Of a stretch of 64,000 nucleotides of DNA, positions 22,675-36,700 are shown piece after piece. Each line of letters begins with the position of its first letter. The first letter of the stretch is position 1. Below the pieces are notes generated by a model. The model had not been told where the DNA came from. It saw only the letters and a program-made list of their open reading frames with translations, and made no database searches. The translations under genes were made by a program, and so were the position numbers. This stretch comes from Nemertoderma westbladi. Its lineage: Eukaryota > Animalia > Xenacoelomorpha. The stretch lies in NCBI GenBank assembly GCA_032718475.1, contig JAUCBJ010002682.1, positions 19,793-83,792 on the forward strand, written 5' to 3'.

Positions 22675-25600
22675 GCGAACAATATCGAGCAGCCAGTTAT
22701 ACTTACTGTCCTCTAAGCGAGTGTAGCGAACAATATCGAGCAGCCAGTTATACTTACTGTCTTCTAAGCGAGTGTAACGAACAATATCGAGCAGCCAGTT
22801 ATACTTACTGTCCTCTATAAGCGTGTGTAGGAAACAATAACGAGCAGCCAGTTATACTTACTGTCCTCTAACCGTGTGTAGCGAACAATATCGAGCAGCC
22901 AGTTATACTTACTGTCCTCTAACCGTGTGTAGCGAACAATATCGAGCAGCCAGTTATACTTACTGTCCTCTAAGTGTGTGTAGCAAACAATATCGAGCAG
23001 CCAGTTATACTTACTGTCCTCTAAGCGAGTGTAGCAAACAATATCGAGCAGCCAGTTATACTTACTGCCCTCTAACCGTGTGTAGCGAACAATATCGAGC
23101 AGCCAGTTATACTTACTGTCCTCTAAGCGAGTGTAGCAAACAATATCGAGCAGCCAGTTATACTTACTGTCCTCTAACCGTGTGTAGCGAACAATATCGA
23201 GCAGCCAGATATACTTTCTGTCCTCTAAGCGTGTGTAGCGAACAATATCGAGCAGCCAGTTATACTTACTGTCCTCTATAAGCGTGTGTAGGAAACAATA
23301 TCGAGCAGCCAGTTATACTTACTGTCCTCTATAAGCGTGTGTAGGAAACAATATCGAGCAGCCAGTTATACTTACTGTCCTCTAAGCGAGTGTAGCAAAC
23401 AATATCGAGCAGCCAGTTATACTTACTGTCCTCTAAGCGTGTGTAGGAAACAATATCGAGCAGCCAGTTATACTTACTGTCCTCTATAAGCGTGTGTAGG
23501 AAACAATATCGAGCAGCCAGTTATACTCACTGTCCTCTAACCGTGTGTAGCGAACAATATCGAGCAGCCAGTTATACTTACTGTCCTCTAAGCGAGTGTA
23601 GCAAACAATATCGAGCAGCCAGTTATACTTACTGTCCTCTAAGCGTGTGTAGGAAACAATATCGAGCAGCCAGTTATACTTACTGTCCTCTAAGTGTGTG
23701 TGTGTAGCGAACAATATCGAGCAGCCAGTTATACTTACTGTCCTCTAACCGTGTGTAGCGAACAATATCGAGCAGCCAGTTATACTTACTGTCCTCTAAG
23801 TGTGTGTGTGTAGCGAACAATATCGAGCAGCCAGTTATACTTACTGTCCTCTAAGCGTGTGTAGCAAACAATATCGAGCAGCCAGTTATACTTACTGTCC
23901 TCTAACCGTGTGTAGCAAACAATATCGAGCAGCCAGTTATACTTACTGTCCTCTAAGCGTGTGTAGCAAACAATATCGAGCAGCCAGTTATACTTACTGT
24001 CCTCTAAGCGTGTGTGTGTAGCAAACAATATCGAGCAGCCAGTTATACTTACTGTCCTCTAAGCGTGTGTGTGTAGCAAACAATATCGAGCAGCCAGTTA
24101 TACTTACTGTCCTCTAAGCGAGTGTAGCAAACAATATCGAGCAGCCAGTTATACTTACTGTCCTCTAAGCGTGTGTAGCAAACAATATCGAGCAGCCAGT
24201 TATACTTACTGTCCTCTAAGCGTGTGTGTGTAGCAAACAATATCGAGCAGCCAGTTATACTTACTGTCCTCTAAGCGTGTCTGTGTAGCAAACAATATCG
24301 AGCAGCCAGTTATACTTACTGTCCTCTAAGCGAGTGTAGCAAACAATATCGAGCAGCCAGTTATACTTACTGTCCTCTAAGCGAGTGTAGCGAACAATAT
24401 CGAGCAGCCAGTTATACTTACTGTCCTCTAACCGTGTGTAGCGAACAATATCGAGCAGCCAGTTATACTTACTGTCCTCTAAGTGTGTGTGTGTAGCGAA
24501 CAATATCGAGCAGCCAGTTATACTTACTGTCCTCTATAAGCGTGTGTAGCAAACAATATCGAGCAGCCAGTTATACTTACTGTCCTCTAACCGTGTGTAG
24601 CGAACAATATCGAGCAGCCAGTTATACTTACTGTCATCTAAGCGTGTGTAGCAAACAATATCGAGCAGCCAGTTATACTTACTGTCCTCTAACCGTGTGT
24701 AGCAAACAATATCGAGCAGCCAGTTATACTTACTGTCCTCTAAGCGTGTGTAGCAAACAATATCGAGCAGCCAGTTATACTTACTGTCCTCTAAGCGTGT
24801 GTAGCAAACAATATCGAGCAGCCAGTTATACTTACTGTCCTCTAAGCGTGTGTAGCAAACAATATCGAGCAGCCAGTTATACTTACTGTCCTCTAACCGT
24901 GTGTAGCAAACAATATCGAGCAGCCAGTTATACTTACTGTCCTCTAAGCGAGTGTAGCAAACCATATCGAGCAGCCAGTTATACTTACTGTCCTCTAACC
25001 GTGTGTAGCAAACAATATCGAGCAGCCAGTTATACTTACTGTCCTCTAAGCGTGTGTAGCGAACAATATCGAGCAGCCAGTTATACTTACTGTCCTCTAA
25101 GCGTGTGTATAGCAAACAATATCGAGCAGCCAGTTATACTTACTGTCCTCTAACCGTGTGTAGCAAACAATATCGAGCAGCCAGTTATACTTACTGTCCT
25201 CCTAGCGTGTGTAGCGAACAATATCGAGCAGCCAGTTATACTTACTGTCCTCTAAGCGTGTGTAGCAAACAATATCGAGCAGCCAGTTATACTTACTGTC
25301 CTCTAACCGTGTGTAGCAAACAATATCGAGCAGCCAGTTATACTTACTGTCCTCTAAGCGTGTGTAGCGAACAATATCGAGCAGCCAGTTATACTTACTG
25401 TCCTCTAAGCGTGTGTAGCAAACAATATCGAGCAGCCAGTTATACTTACTGTCCTCTAACCGTGTGTAGCAAACAATATCGAGCAGCCAGTTATACTTAC
25501 TGTCCTCTAAGCGAGTGTAGCAAACAATATCGAGCAGCCAGTTATACTTACTGTCCTCTAAGCGTGTGTATAGCGAACAATATCGAGCAGACAGTTATAC

Positions 25601-27573
25601 TTACTGTCCTCTAAGTGTGTGTAGCGAACAATATCGAGCAGCCAGTTATACTTACTGTCCTCTAAGCGAGTGTAGCAAACAATATCGAGCAGCCAGTTAT
25701 ACTTACTGTCCTCTATAAGCGTGTGTAGGAAACAATATCGAGCAGCCAGTTATACTTACTGTCCTCTATAAGCGTGTGTAGCGAACAATATCGAGCAGCC
25801 AGTTATACTTACTGTCCTCTAAGCGTGTGTAGCAAACAATATCGAGCAGCCAGTTATACTTACTGTCCTCTAAGCGTGTGTGTGTAGCGAACAATATCGA
25901 GCAGCCAGTTATACTTACTGTCCTCTAACCGTGTGTAGCAAACAATATCGAGCAGCCAGTTATACTTACTGTCCTCTAAGCGTGTGTAGCGAACAATATC
26001 GAGCAGCCAGTTATACTTACTGTCCTCTAAGCGTGTGTAGCAAACAATATCGAGCAGCCAGTTATACTTACTGTCCTCTAACCGTGTGTAGCAAACAATA
26101 TCGAGCAGCCAGTTATACTTACTGTCCTCTAAGCGTGTGTAGCGAACAATATCGAGCAGCCAGTTATACTTACTGTCCTCTAAGCTTGTGTAGCAAACAA
26201 TATCGAGCAGCCAGTTATACTTACTGTCCTCTAACCGTGTGTAGCAAACAATATCGAGCAGCCAGTTATACTTACTGTCCTCTAAGCGTGTGTAGCGAAC
26301 AATATCGAGCAGCCAGTTATACTTACTGTCCTCTAAGCGTGTGTAGCAAACAATATCGAGCAGCCAGTTATACTTACTGTCCTCTAACCGTGTGTAGCAA
26401 ACAATATCGAGCAGCCAGTTATACTTACTGTCCTCTAAGCGTGTGTAGCAAACAATATCGAGCAGCCAGTTATACTTACTGTCCTCTAAGCGTGTGTAGC
26501 GAACAATATCGAGCAGCCAGTTATACTTACTGTCCTCTAAGCGTGTGTAGCGAACAATATCGAGCAGCCAGTTATACTTACTGTCCTCTAAGCGAGTGTA
26601 GCAAACAATATCGAGCAGCCAGTTATACTTACTGTCCTCTAAGCGTGTGTAGCAAACAATATCGAGCAGCCAGTTATACTTACTGTCCTCTAAGCGTGTG
26701 TAGCGAACAATATCGAGCAGCCAGTTATACTTACTGTCCTCTAAGCGTGTGTAGCAAACAATATCGAGCAGCCAGTTATACTTACTGTCCTCTAAGCGTG
26801 TGTTAGCGAACAATATCGAGCAGCCAGTTATACTTACTGTCCTCTAACCGTGTGTAGCAAACAATATCGAGCAGCCAGTTATACTTACTGTCCTCTAAGC
26901 GTGTGTAGCGAACAATATCGAGCAGCCAGTTATACTTACTGTCCTCTAAGCGTGTGTAGCAAACAATATCGAGCAGCCAGTTATACTTACTGTCCTCTAA
27001 CCGTGTGTAGCAAACAATATCGAGCAGCCAGTTATACTTACTGTCCTCTAAGCGTGTGTAGCAAACAATATCGAGCAGCCAGTTATACTTACTGTCCTCT
27101 AAGCGTGTGTAGCGAACAATATCGAGCAGCCAGTTATACTTACTGTCCTCTAAGCGTGTGTAGCAAACAATATCGAGCAGCCAGTTATACTTACTGTCCT
27201 CTAAGCGTGTGTAGCAAACAATATCGAGCAGCCAGTTATACTTACTGTCCTCTAAGCGTGTGTAGCGAACAATATCGAGCAGCCAGTTATACTTACTGTC
27301 CTCTAAGCGTGTGTAGCAAACAATATCGAGCAGCCAGTTATACTTACTGTCCTCTAAGCGTGTGTAGCGAAACAATATCGAGCAGCCAGTTATACTTACT
27401 GTCCTCTAAGCGTGTGTAGCGAACAATATCGAGCAGCCAGTTATACTTACTGTCCTCTAAGCGTGTGTAGCAAACAATATCGAGCAGCCAGTTATACTTA
27501 CTGTCCTCTAAGCGTGTGTAGCGAACAATATCGAGCAGCCAGTTATACTTACTGTCCTCTAAGCGTGTGTAGC
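22675..27573. repeat. 51-bp tandem array (about 95 copies) derived from a KCNT exon end plus 5' splice site
   Basis: Minus-strand unit ctacacacgcttagaggaca|gtaagtataactggctgctcgatattgttyg; the first copy overlaps the exon end at 27553. Confidence 0.97.
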
Positions 27574-27770
27574 AGAAGTGTAACGAAGGTAGAAATAGCC
27601 GGACACACGCAATTATTCGCGAGCAGGGCGTATTTAAACTCGTCCTCGCAGACAACGTTTTCCGCAAAGTTTACGTGGAATTTGTTTTCTGCGCGGAGTA
27701 TTTGAACGTAGAGGGGACAGTTTGGAGCGAAATCTTTAACCGCCCAGGACCGAAGAATAGTTGCCTGGTC
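27553..27770 (-). CDS. KCNT: Slo2/KCNT channel exon (RCK1)
   Basis: [73 protein letters not shown]; ttttcag/gtaagt. Confidence 0.94.
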
Positions 27771-28216
27771 CTGAAAATAATTAAATTAATTACCGATTGA
27801 GTTTGTGACAGAGGCAGGAAACAATCTCAGTTCGATACTGATATATTTCAGAAGAAAGTAGAGTAGGTTAGTTGATGGGTTGATTACGTTGATTTTTTAC
27901 ATTCACAGTATATTCTATTGTTTGAGAAAAAATAATTGAGATAAATTACCAATTTAAGCTATACAAATAATTATAAGTATAGTAGGTTTATTTTAACTAA
28001 CTTATCTTCCTAACAAAACCAGAATTGTAGGTGGGCATGTCCGCATGTCCCCACACAGGCATTATCGATTTTTCTGAAGTACAATCTGTTGAGCTGTTTC
28101 TACCAAACAAAGTTTATTGTTAGCAGATCTACAGTACCCGCTGCTCTTAGTAGCTGCAACTTTTGGGACCAAATCATCACAACGATCTAATTGACCATAC
28201 CGGTAGGCGTACTAAC

Positions 28217-28417
28217 CGCTCCGTTTCTGTCCTTGGCGTGCCGTTCAGCCAATAGGAAGCAGCTCTCCGCATGGTCCATCCTCACACGGGCAAGATCCTG
28301 GTCTTTCAGAGCGGAGCCCTGGATGTACATAACGCGTTGGGCCCAAATGGGAACTTGGAGGATCATCTTTATCGTGTGGTCGAGTTCTACTGGTGACATC
28401 AGTACCACGTAGTAATC
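28217..28417 (-). CDS. KCNT: Slo2/KCNT channel exon (RCK1)
   Basis: DYYVVLMSP...QVPIWAQRVMYIQGSALKDQDLAR; tag/gttagt. Confidence 0.94.
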
Positions 28418-28878
28418 CTATATAAAGCGACGATGACATAAAATGACTAAATATGATTTAAAAATGGATGTATTTTAGAACTTGCAGAGCCGTTGTTTCA
28501 CAAAGCTATGGCACCATACAGTATCTTACTTACCTGCGACATTTTGCAAAAATATAATTGAGGTCGGATATAATTTTGGAAGTCGGAAATTAAAACGAGT
28601 CACGGATGTAACGTAAAGTTAATTAATTTAAAAGTTAAAGTAAATTTCGGATCATGTCTGATTACGTATAGTTGTGTCGTATGGTTACGGTTGTGGTGAT
28701 ACTAAACCTAATCAATGCCTCAATTCTCATAAATAAACTATATTTTATGATGGAATGTAGTCCTATTAACTACTAAAGTGTAGCCGATAGTCCAGCTAAA
28801 TAAACGTGTTTAATGGGCATGTACAGTATGTAACTGGCCCAATTCAAATGGACAGGGTAGATTTCCCAGTTGCCCCAC

Positions 28879-29043
28879 CTGCAGCAGTGTATGAGCGTAG
28901 AACTCATTAAGGAAATCGATAACAGTGTCCGCTTTCAGTTGCGTTGCACAGAGAACTACGTGCTTCTCGCTCATTGCCCGTTGCAGACTGTACACAGTGG
29001 ACGTCTTCTGTCGTTCTTTCATAAAGTAAACCATCTGATCTAA
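28879..29043 (-). CDS. KCNT: Slo2/KCNT channel exon (S6-RCK1 linker)
   Basis: ERQK...EKHVVLC...DFLNEFYAH..LQ; cag/gt. Confidence 0.94.
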
Positions 29044-30010
29044 CTGAAATTCAAAGATTACAGGTAAGTAAGTTTATAAGCAAAGAACGGAAAATAAATT
29101 GAGCGAATTTGAAACCTACTCTCTATCAATAATTACTAATCATCTTGTAGATAGAGTAATGTGGTTAACCAACCAGTATACAGTAAAATTGATTTATAAA
29201 GCAATCGATAGAAACAGGTTAGTTTTACTTTTGGGAGTTATCTATCAGCTGTTCATTTACGACGATTTCCCCTGGGGAGGGATGAATTATCTGGAGAGGG
29301 TTATTCTGGAAATATTATGTGTGTGTGGGAATCTGGAAGTGTGCGTGCAAGTCTGTCCCATGATATCAACTTGGAGAGCGCGAATTTTGTTTCTATTGAT
29401 ATTTTGCGAACTTTTTCCACTTGCAAACTTTATTCTTTATAAACTACATAGATTACTGTATTATTACTATTATAGTTTGTAGGCCTACATGTATATAGAT
29501 TAACAATTTAATTTATCCAAATATGCATATTGCGAAAATTCAATTATCTATAACAATTATACATAATCGAACATAATCGAATGTAATCGAATGTAACATG
29601 TATTCGAATTATTAACATTTATTTTGTATATTAATTCATTTATAACTAAAAAGAATCGAATATGTAATATAATTTATTACTTAAAAATTATATAATTTGT
29701 ATTATTTACATTTACATGTAAATAATAACGTAACTAATAATCAGATACCATATTTTTTTCACTAAATTTTATGAGGAAAATTACTCAAATATGATGAAAT
29801 ATATCATTTAATTATCACCGAATACTGAGTAGTAAAGTAATCTAAAAACTTGAATTAACATAAATCCATTAACTGTAAATCAAACAAAGCTAACCATCAT
29901 CGGCAACAAAATAACAACATAATATGAAGACGGACATATATGTACAATACAAAGGTAAAGATATCTCCGTCAAAGAGGCCGCCGGGGGATGGACATTGCC
30001 ATGGTGGATG

Positions 30011-30742
30011 CTACTACTACTAGGATCGGCATGCTGCATTGCAGCTGCATTTTTGAGAATGCTGTGCCGGCTTGTCAACAAAATTGCACCGCCACAACTC
30101 CCTATCACCCATGACATTTGCTAGATCATCCGCATCTTTAAGGCCAGTGTCCTTTAAAATGCGTCTCAAGAAAGTCATGGGCTGTCCACCATGCTTATTC
30201 ACTCCAGGAGGCTGCCAAAGTACAAGATTATGCACTGGCTGGTCCTCACGGCGAAAGCAATGTCCTGCAAAGCGGAGGCGATTTTGTTCTAGTGTCAAGC
30301 TTGGGGGAACCAATGAGACACCTCCAATGTTATATAGTGTCTGGTTGGAGATGTGTGCATTGTACTTGACACAATGTACCCGGCGTAGCATTCTTGTGAA
30401 TGTGCCATCCAGAGATTTGGTGTCCTCAGCAGTTAGAGCCCAGCATGGACTCCCGTAGAGGAGTACTGGAACTACTGCTGCTCTAAATAATCGGACCTTA
30501 AGTTTCCGATTAATTCTAGGTGACTTCCAAATCCTGGAAAGCCTATTCAAGGCTGCCCATGCCTTTCCCTTACGTATTCGAAGGTCCTCACCTGACTTCC
30601 GGATCCATGATCCCAGGTAACAGAAGTCGTCCACATGCTCAAGCATACCATCCTTTGAGCTTATGCTCATCCGATCAGAGACTTGCTGAGGACTTTCAAA
30701 GTTAACTGTCAGAATTTTGGTCTTTCTGGAGTTAATAAAAAG
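30011..30742 (-). mobile_element. 5'-truncated RTE-clade non-LTR retrotransposon with (TAG)n tail
   Basis: Open frame IN..KTK, F.YLGS, KVRLFRA.V..VLLYG...W, LDG.FTRMLR, RLRFAGHC.R, DRELWR, typical of the RTE RT C-terminus; tail tagtagtagtag at 30022-30011. Confidence 0.88.
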
Positions 30743-33700
30743 TTGCGTTGCCAACGAGGCCGCCGGGGGATGGACCAGCAGTAGCCATGATGGATGTTGC
30801 GTTGCCAACGAGGCCGTCGGGGGATGGACCAGCAGTAGCCATGATGGATGCTGCGTTGCCAACGAGGCCGTCGGGGGTGGACCAGCAGTAGCCATGATGG
30901 ATGCTGCGTTGCCAACGAGGCCTTTGGGGATGGACCAGCAGTAGCCATAATGGATGCTGCGTTGCCAACGAGGCCGCTGGAGGATGGACCAGCAGTAGCC
31001 ATGATGGATGCTGCGTTGCCAACGAGGCCGCCGGGGGATGGACCAGCAGTAGCCATGATGGATGCTGCGTTGCCAACGAGGCCGCCGGGGATGGACCAGC
31101 AGTAGCCATGGTGGATGCTGCGTTGCCAACGAGGCCGTCGGGGATGGACCAGCAGTAGCCATGATGGATGCTGCGTTGCCAACGAGGCCGCCGGGGGATG
31201 GACCAGCAGTAGCCATGATGGATGCTGCGTTGCCAACGAGGCCGCCGGGGATGGACCAGCAGTAGCCATGATGGATGCTGCGTTGCCAACAAGGCCGCCG
31301 GGGGATGGACCAGCAGTAGCCATGATGGATGCTGCGTTGCCAACGAGGCCGTCGGGGGATGGACCAGCAGTAGCCATGATGGATGCTGCGTTGCCAACGA
31401 GGCCGTCGGGGATGGACCAGCAGTAGCCATAATGGATGCTGCGTTGCCAACGAGGCCGCTCGGGGATGGACCAGCAGTAGCCATGATGGATGCTGCGTTG
31501 CCAACGAGGCCGCCGGGGGATGGACCAGCAGTAGCCATGATGGATGCTGCGTTGCCAACGAGGCCGCCGGGGATGGACCAGCAGTAGCCATGATGGATGC
31601 TGCGTTGTCAACGAGGCCGTCGGGGATGGACCAGCAGTAGCCATGATGGATGCTGCGTTGCCAACGAGGCCGCCGGGGGATGGACCAGCAGTAGCCATGA
31701 TGGATGCTGCGTTGCCAACGAGGCCTTCGGGGATGGACCAGCAGTAGCCATGATGGATGCTGCGTTGCCAACAAGGCCGCCGGGGGATGGACCAGCAGTA
31801 GCCATGATGGATGCTGCGTTGCCAACGAGGCCGTCGGGGGATGGACCAGCAGTAGCCATGATGGATGCTGCGTTGCCAACGAGGCCGTCGGGGATGGACC
31901 AGCAGTAGCCATAATGGATGCTGCGTTGCCAACGAGGCCTTCGAGGATGGACCAGCAGTAGCCATGATGGATGCTGCGTTGCCAACAAGGCCGCCGGGGG
32001 ATGGACCAGCAGTAGCCATGATGGATGCTGCGTTGCCAACGAGGCCGCCGGGGGATGGACCGGCAGTAGCCATGATGGATGCTGCGTTGCCAACGAGGCC
32101 GCCGGTGGATGGACCAGCAGTAGCCATGATGGATGTTGCGTTGCCAACGAGGCCTTCGAGGATGGACCAGCAGTAGCCATGATGGATGCTGCGTTGCCAA
32201 CAAGGCCGCCGGGGGATGGACCAGCAGTAGCCATGATGGATGCTGCGTTGCCAACGAGGCCGTCGGGGGATGGACCAGCAGTAGCCATGATGGATGCTGC
32301 GTTGCCAACGAGGCCGTCGGGGATGGACCAGCAGTAGCCATGATGGATGCTGCGTTGCCAACGAGGCCGCCGGGGGATGGACCAGCAGTAGCCATGATGG
32401 ATGCTGCGTTGCCAACGAGGCCGCCGGGGGATGGACCGGCAGTAGCCATGATGGATGCTGCGTTGCCAACAAGGCCGCCGGGGGATGGACCAGCAGTAGC
32501 CATGATGGATGCTGCGTTGCCAACGAGGCCGCCGGGGGATGGACCAGCAGTAGCCATGATGGATGCTGCGTTGCCAACTAGGCCGTCGGGGATGGACCAG
32601 CAGTAGCCATAATGGATGCTGCGTTGTCAACGAGGCCGCCGGGGGATGGACCAGCAGTAGCCATGATGGATGCTGCGTTGCCAACGAGGCAGCCGGGGGA
32701 TGGACCAGCAGTAGCCATGATGGATGCTGCGTTGCCAACGAGGCCGCCGGAGGATGGACCAGCAGTAGCCATGATGGATGCTGCGTTGCCAACGAGGCCG
32801 TCGGGGATGGACCAGCAGTAGCCATGATGGATGCTGCGTTGCCAACGAGGCCGCCGGGGGATGGACCAGCAGTAGCCATGATGGATGCTGCGTTGCCAAC
32901 GAGGCCGCCGGGGGATGGACCGGCAGTAGCCATGATGGATGCTGTGTTGCCAACGAGGCCGCCGGGGGATGGACCGGCAGTAGCCATGATGGATGCTGCG
33001 TTGCCAACGAGGCCGCCGGTGGATGGACCAGCAGTAGCCATGATGGATGTTGCGTTGCCAACGAGGCCGTCGGGGATGGACCAGCAGTAGCCATGATGGA
33101 TGCTGCGTTGCCAACGAGGCCTTCGGTGATGGACCAGCAGTAGCCATAATGGATGCTGCGTTGCCAACGAGGCCGCTGGAGGATGGACCAGCAGTAGCCA
33201 TGATGGATGCTGCGTTGCCAACGAGGCCGTCGGGGGATGGACCAGCAGTAGCCATGATGGATGCTGCGTTGCCAACGAGGCCGTCGGGGATGGACCAGCA
33301 GTGCCATAATGGATGCTGCGTTGTCAACGAGGCCGCCGGGGGATGGACCAGCAGTAGCCATGATGGATGCTGCGTTGCCAACGAGGCCTTCGAGGATGGA
33401 CCAGCAGTAGCCATGATGGATGCTGCGTTGCCAACGAGGCCTTCGAGGATGGACCAGCAGTAGCCATGATGGATGCTGCGTTGCCAACAAGGCCGCCGGG
33501 GGATGGACCAGCAGTAGCCATGATGGATGCTGCGTTGCCAACGAGGCCGCCGGGGATGGACCAGCAGTAGCCATGATGGATGCTGCGTTGTCAACGAGGC
33601 CGTCGGGGATGGACCAGCAGTAGCCATGATGGATGCTGCGTTGCCAACGAGGCCGCCGGGGGATGGACCAGCAGTAGCCATGATGGATGCTGCGTTGCCA

Positions 33701-36700
33701 ACGAGGCCTTCGGGGATGGACCAGCAGTAGCCATGATGGATGCTGCGTTGCCAACAAGGCCGCCGGGGGATGGACCAGCAGTAGCCATGATGGATGCTGC
33801 GTTGCCAACGAGGCCGCCGGGGGATGGACCAGCAGTAGCCATGATGGATGCTGCGTTGCCAACGAGGCCGTCGGGGATGGACCAGCAGTAGCCATAATGG
33901 ATGCTGCGTTGCCAACGAGGCCTTCGAGGATGGACCAGCAGTAGCCATGATGGATGCTGCGTTGCCAACAAGGCCGCCGGGGGATGGACCAGCAGTAGCC
34001 ATGATGGATGCTGCGTTGCCAACGAGGCCGCCGGGGGATGGACCGGCAGTAGCCATGATGGATGCTGCGTTGCCAACGAGGCCGCCGGTGGATGGACCAG
34101 CAGTAGCCATGATGGATGCTGCGTTGCCAACGAGGCCTTCGAGGATGGACCAGCAGTAGCCATGATGGATGCTGCGTTGCCAACAAGGCCGCCGGGGGAT
34201 GGACCAGCAGTAGCCATGATGGATGCTGCGTTGCCAACGAGGCCGTCGGGGGATGGACCAGCAGTAGCCATGATGGATGCTGCGTTGCCAACGAGGCCGT
34301 CGGGGATGGACCAGCAGTAGCCATGATGGATGCTGCGTTGCCAACGAGGCCGCCGGGGGATGGACCAGCAGTAGCCATGATGGATGCTGCGTTGCCAACG
34401 AGGCCGCCGGGGGATGGACCAGCAGTAGCCATGATGGATGCTGCGTTGCCAACAAGGCCGCCGGGGGATGGACCAGCAGTAGCCATGATGGATGCTGCGT
34501 TGCCAACGAGGCCGCCGGGGGATGGACCAGCAGTAGCCATGATGGATGCTGCGTTGCCAACTAGGCCGTCGGGGATGGACCAGCAGTAGCCATAATGGAT
34601 GCTGCGTTGTCAACGAGGCCGCCGGGGGATAGACCAGCAGTAGCCATGATGGATGCTGCGTTGCCAACGAGGAAGCCGGGGGATGGACCAGCAGTAGCCA
34701 TGATGGATGCTGCGTTGCCAACGAGGCCGCCGGAGGATGGACCAGCAGTAGCCATGATGGATGCTGCGTTGCCAACGAGGCCGTCGGGGATGGACCAGCA
34801 GTAGCCATGATGGATGCTGCGTTGCCAACGAGGCCGCCGGGGGATGGACCAGCAGTAGCCATGATGGATGCTGCGTTGCCAACGAGGCCGCCGGGGGATG
34901 GACCGGCAGTAGCCATGATGGATGCTGTGTTGCCAACGAGGCCGCCGGGGGATGGACCGGCAGTAGCCATGATGGATGCTGCGTTGCCAACGAGGCCGCC
35001 GGTGGATGGACCAGCAGTAGCCATGATGGATGTTGCGTTGCCAACGAGGCCGTCGGGGATGGACCAGCAGTAGCCATGATGGATGCTGCGTTGCCAACGA
35101 GGCCTTCGGTGATGGACCAGCAGTAGCCATAATGGATGCTGCGTTGCCAACGAGGCCGCTGGAGGATGGACCAGCAGTAGCCATGATGGATGCTGCGTTG
35201 CCAACGAGGCCGTCGGGGGATGGACCAGCAGTAGCCATGATGGATGCTGCGTTGCCAACGAGGCCGTCGGGGATGGACCAGCAGTAGCCATAATGGATGC
35301 TGCGTTGTCAACGAGGCCGCCGGGGGATGGACCAGCAGTAGCCATGATGGATGCTGCGTTGCCAACGAGGCCTTCGGGGATGGACCAGCAGTAGCCATGA
35401 TGGATGCTGCGTTGCCAACGAGGCCTTCGGGGATGGACCAGCAGTAGCCATGATGGATGCTGCGTTGCCAACAAGGCCGCCGGGGGATGGACCAGCAGTA
35501 GCCATGATGGATGCTGCGTTGCCAACGAGGCCGCCGGGGGATGGACCAGCAGTAGCCATGATGGATGCTGCGTTGCCAACGAGGCCGCCGGTGGATGGAC
35601 CAGCAGTAGCCATGATGGATGCTGCGTTGCCAACGAGGCCTTCGGGGATGGACCAGCAGTAGCCATGATGGATGCTGCGTTGCCAACGAGGCCGCCGGGG
35701 GATGGACCAGCAGTAGCCATGATGGATGCTGCGTTGCCAACGAGGCCGCCGGGGGATGGACCAGCAGTAGCCATGATGGATGCTGCGTTGCCAACGAGGC
35801 CGCCGGTGGATGGACCAGCAGTAGCCATGATGGATGCTGCGTTGCCAACGAGGCCGTCGGGGATGGACCAGCAGTAGCCATGATGGATGCTGCGTTGCCA
35901 ACGAGGCCGCCGGGGGATGGACCAGCAGTAGCCATGATGGATGCTGCGTTGCCAACGAGGCCGCCGGGGGATGGACCAGCAGTAGCCATGATGGATGCTG
36001 CGTTGCCAACGAGGCCGCCGGGGGATGGACCAGCAGTAGCCATGATGGATGCTGCGTTGCCAACGAGGCCGTCGGGGGATGGACCAGCAGTAGCCATGAT
36101 GGATGCTGCGTTGCCAACGAGGCCGCCGGGGGATGGACCAGCAGTAGCCATGATGGATGCTGCGTTGCCAACGAGGCCGCCGGGGGATGGACCAGCAGTA
36201 GCCATGATGGATGCTGCGTTGCCAACGAGGCCGTCGGGGATGGACCAGCAGTAGCCATAATGGATGCTGCGTTGCCAACAAGGCCGCCGGGGGATGGACC
36301 AGCAGTAGCCATAATGGATGCTGCGTTGTCAACGAGGCCGCCGGGGGATGGACCAGCAGTAGCCATGATGGATGCTGCGTTGCCAACGAGGCCTTCGAGG
36401 ATGGACCAGCAGTAGCCATGATGGATGCTGCGTTGCCAACAAGGCCGCCGGGGGATGGACCAGCAGTAGCCATGATGGATGCTGCGTTGCCAACGAGGCC
36501 GCCGGGGTTGGACCAGCAGTAGCCATGATGGATGCTGCGTTGCCAACGAGGCCTTCGGTGATGGACCAGCAGTAGCCATGATGGATGCTGCGTTGCCAAC
36601 TAGGCCGTCGGGGATGGACCAGCAGTAGCCATAATGGATGCTGCGTTGTCAACGAGGCCGCCGGGGGATGGACCAGCAGTTGCCATGATGGATGCTGCGT

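Noticed and set aside
22626-27705. Cys/Tyr-rich repeat ORFs ([17 protein letters not shown])n
   Set aside because: Translation of the 51-bp array, frequently frameshifted, and not in frame with the channel exon.
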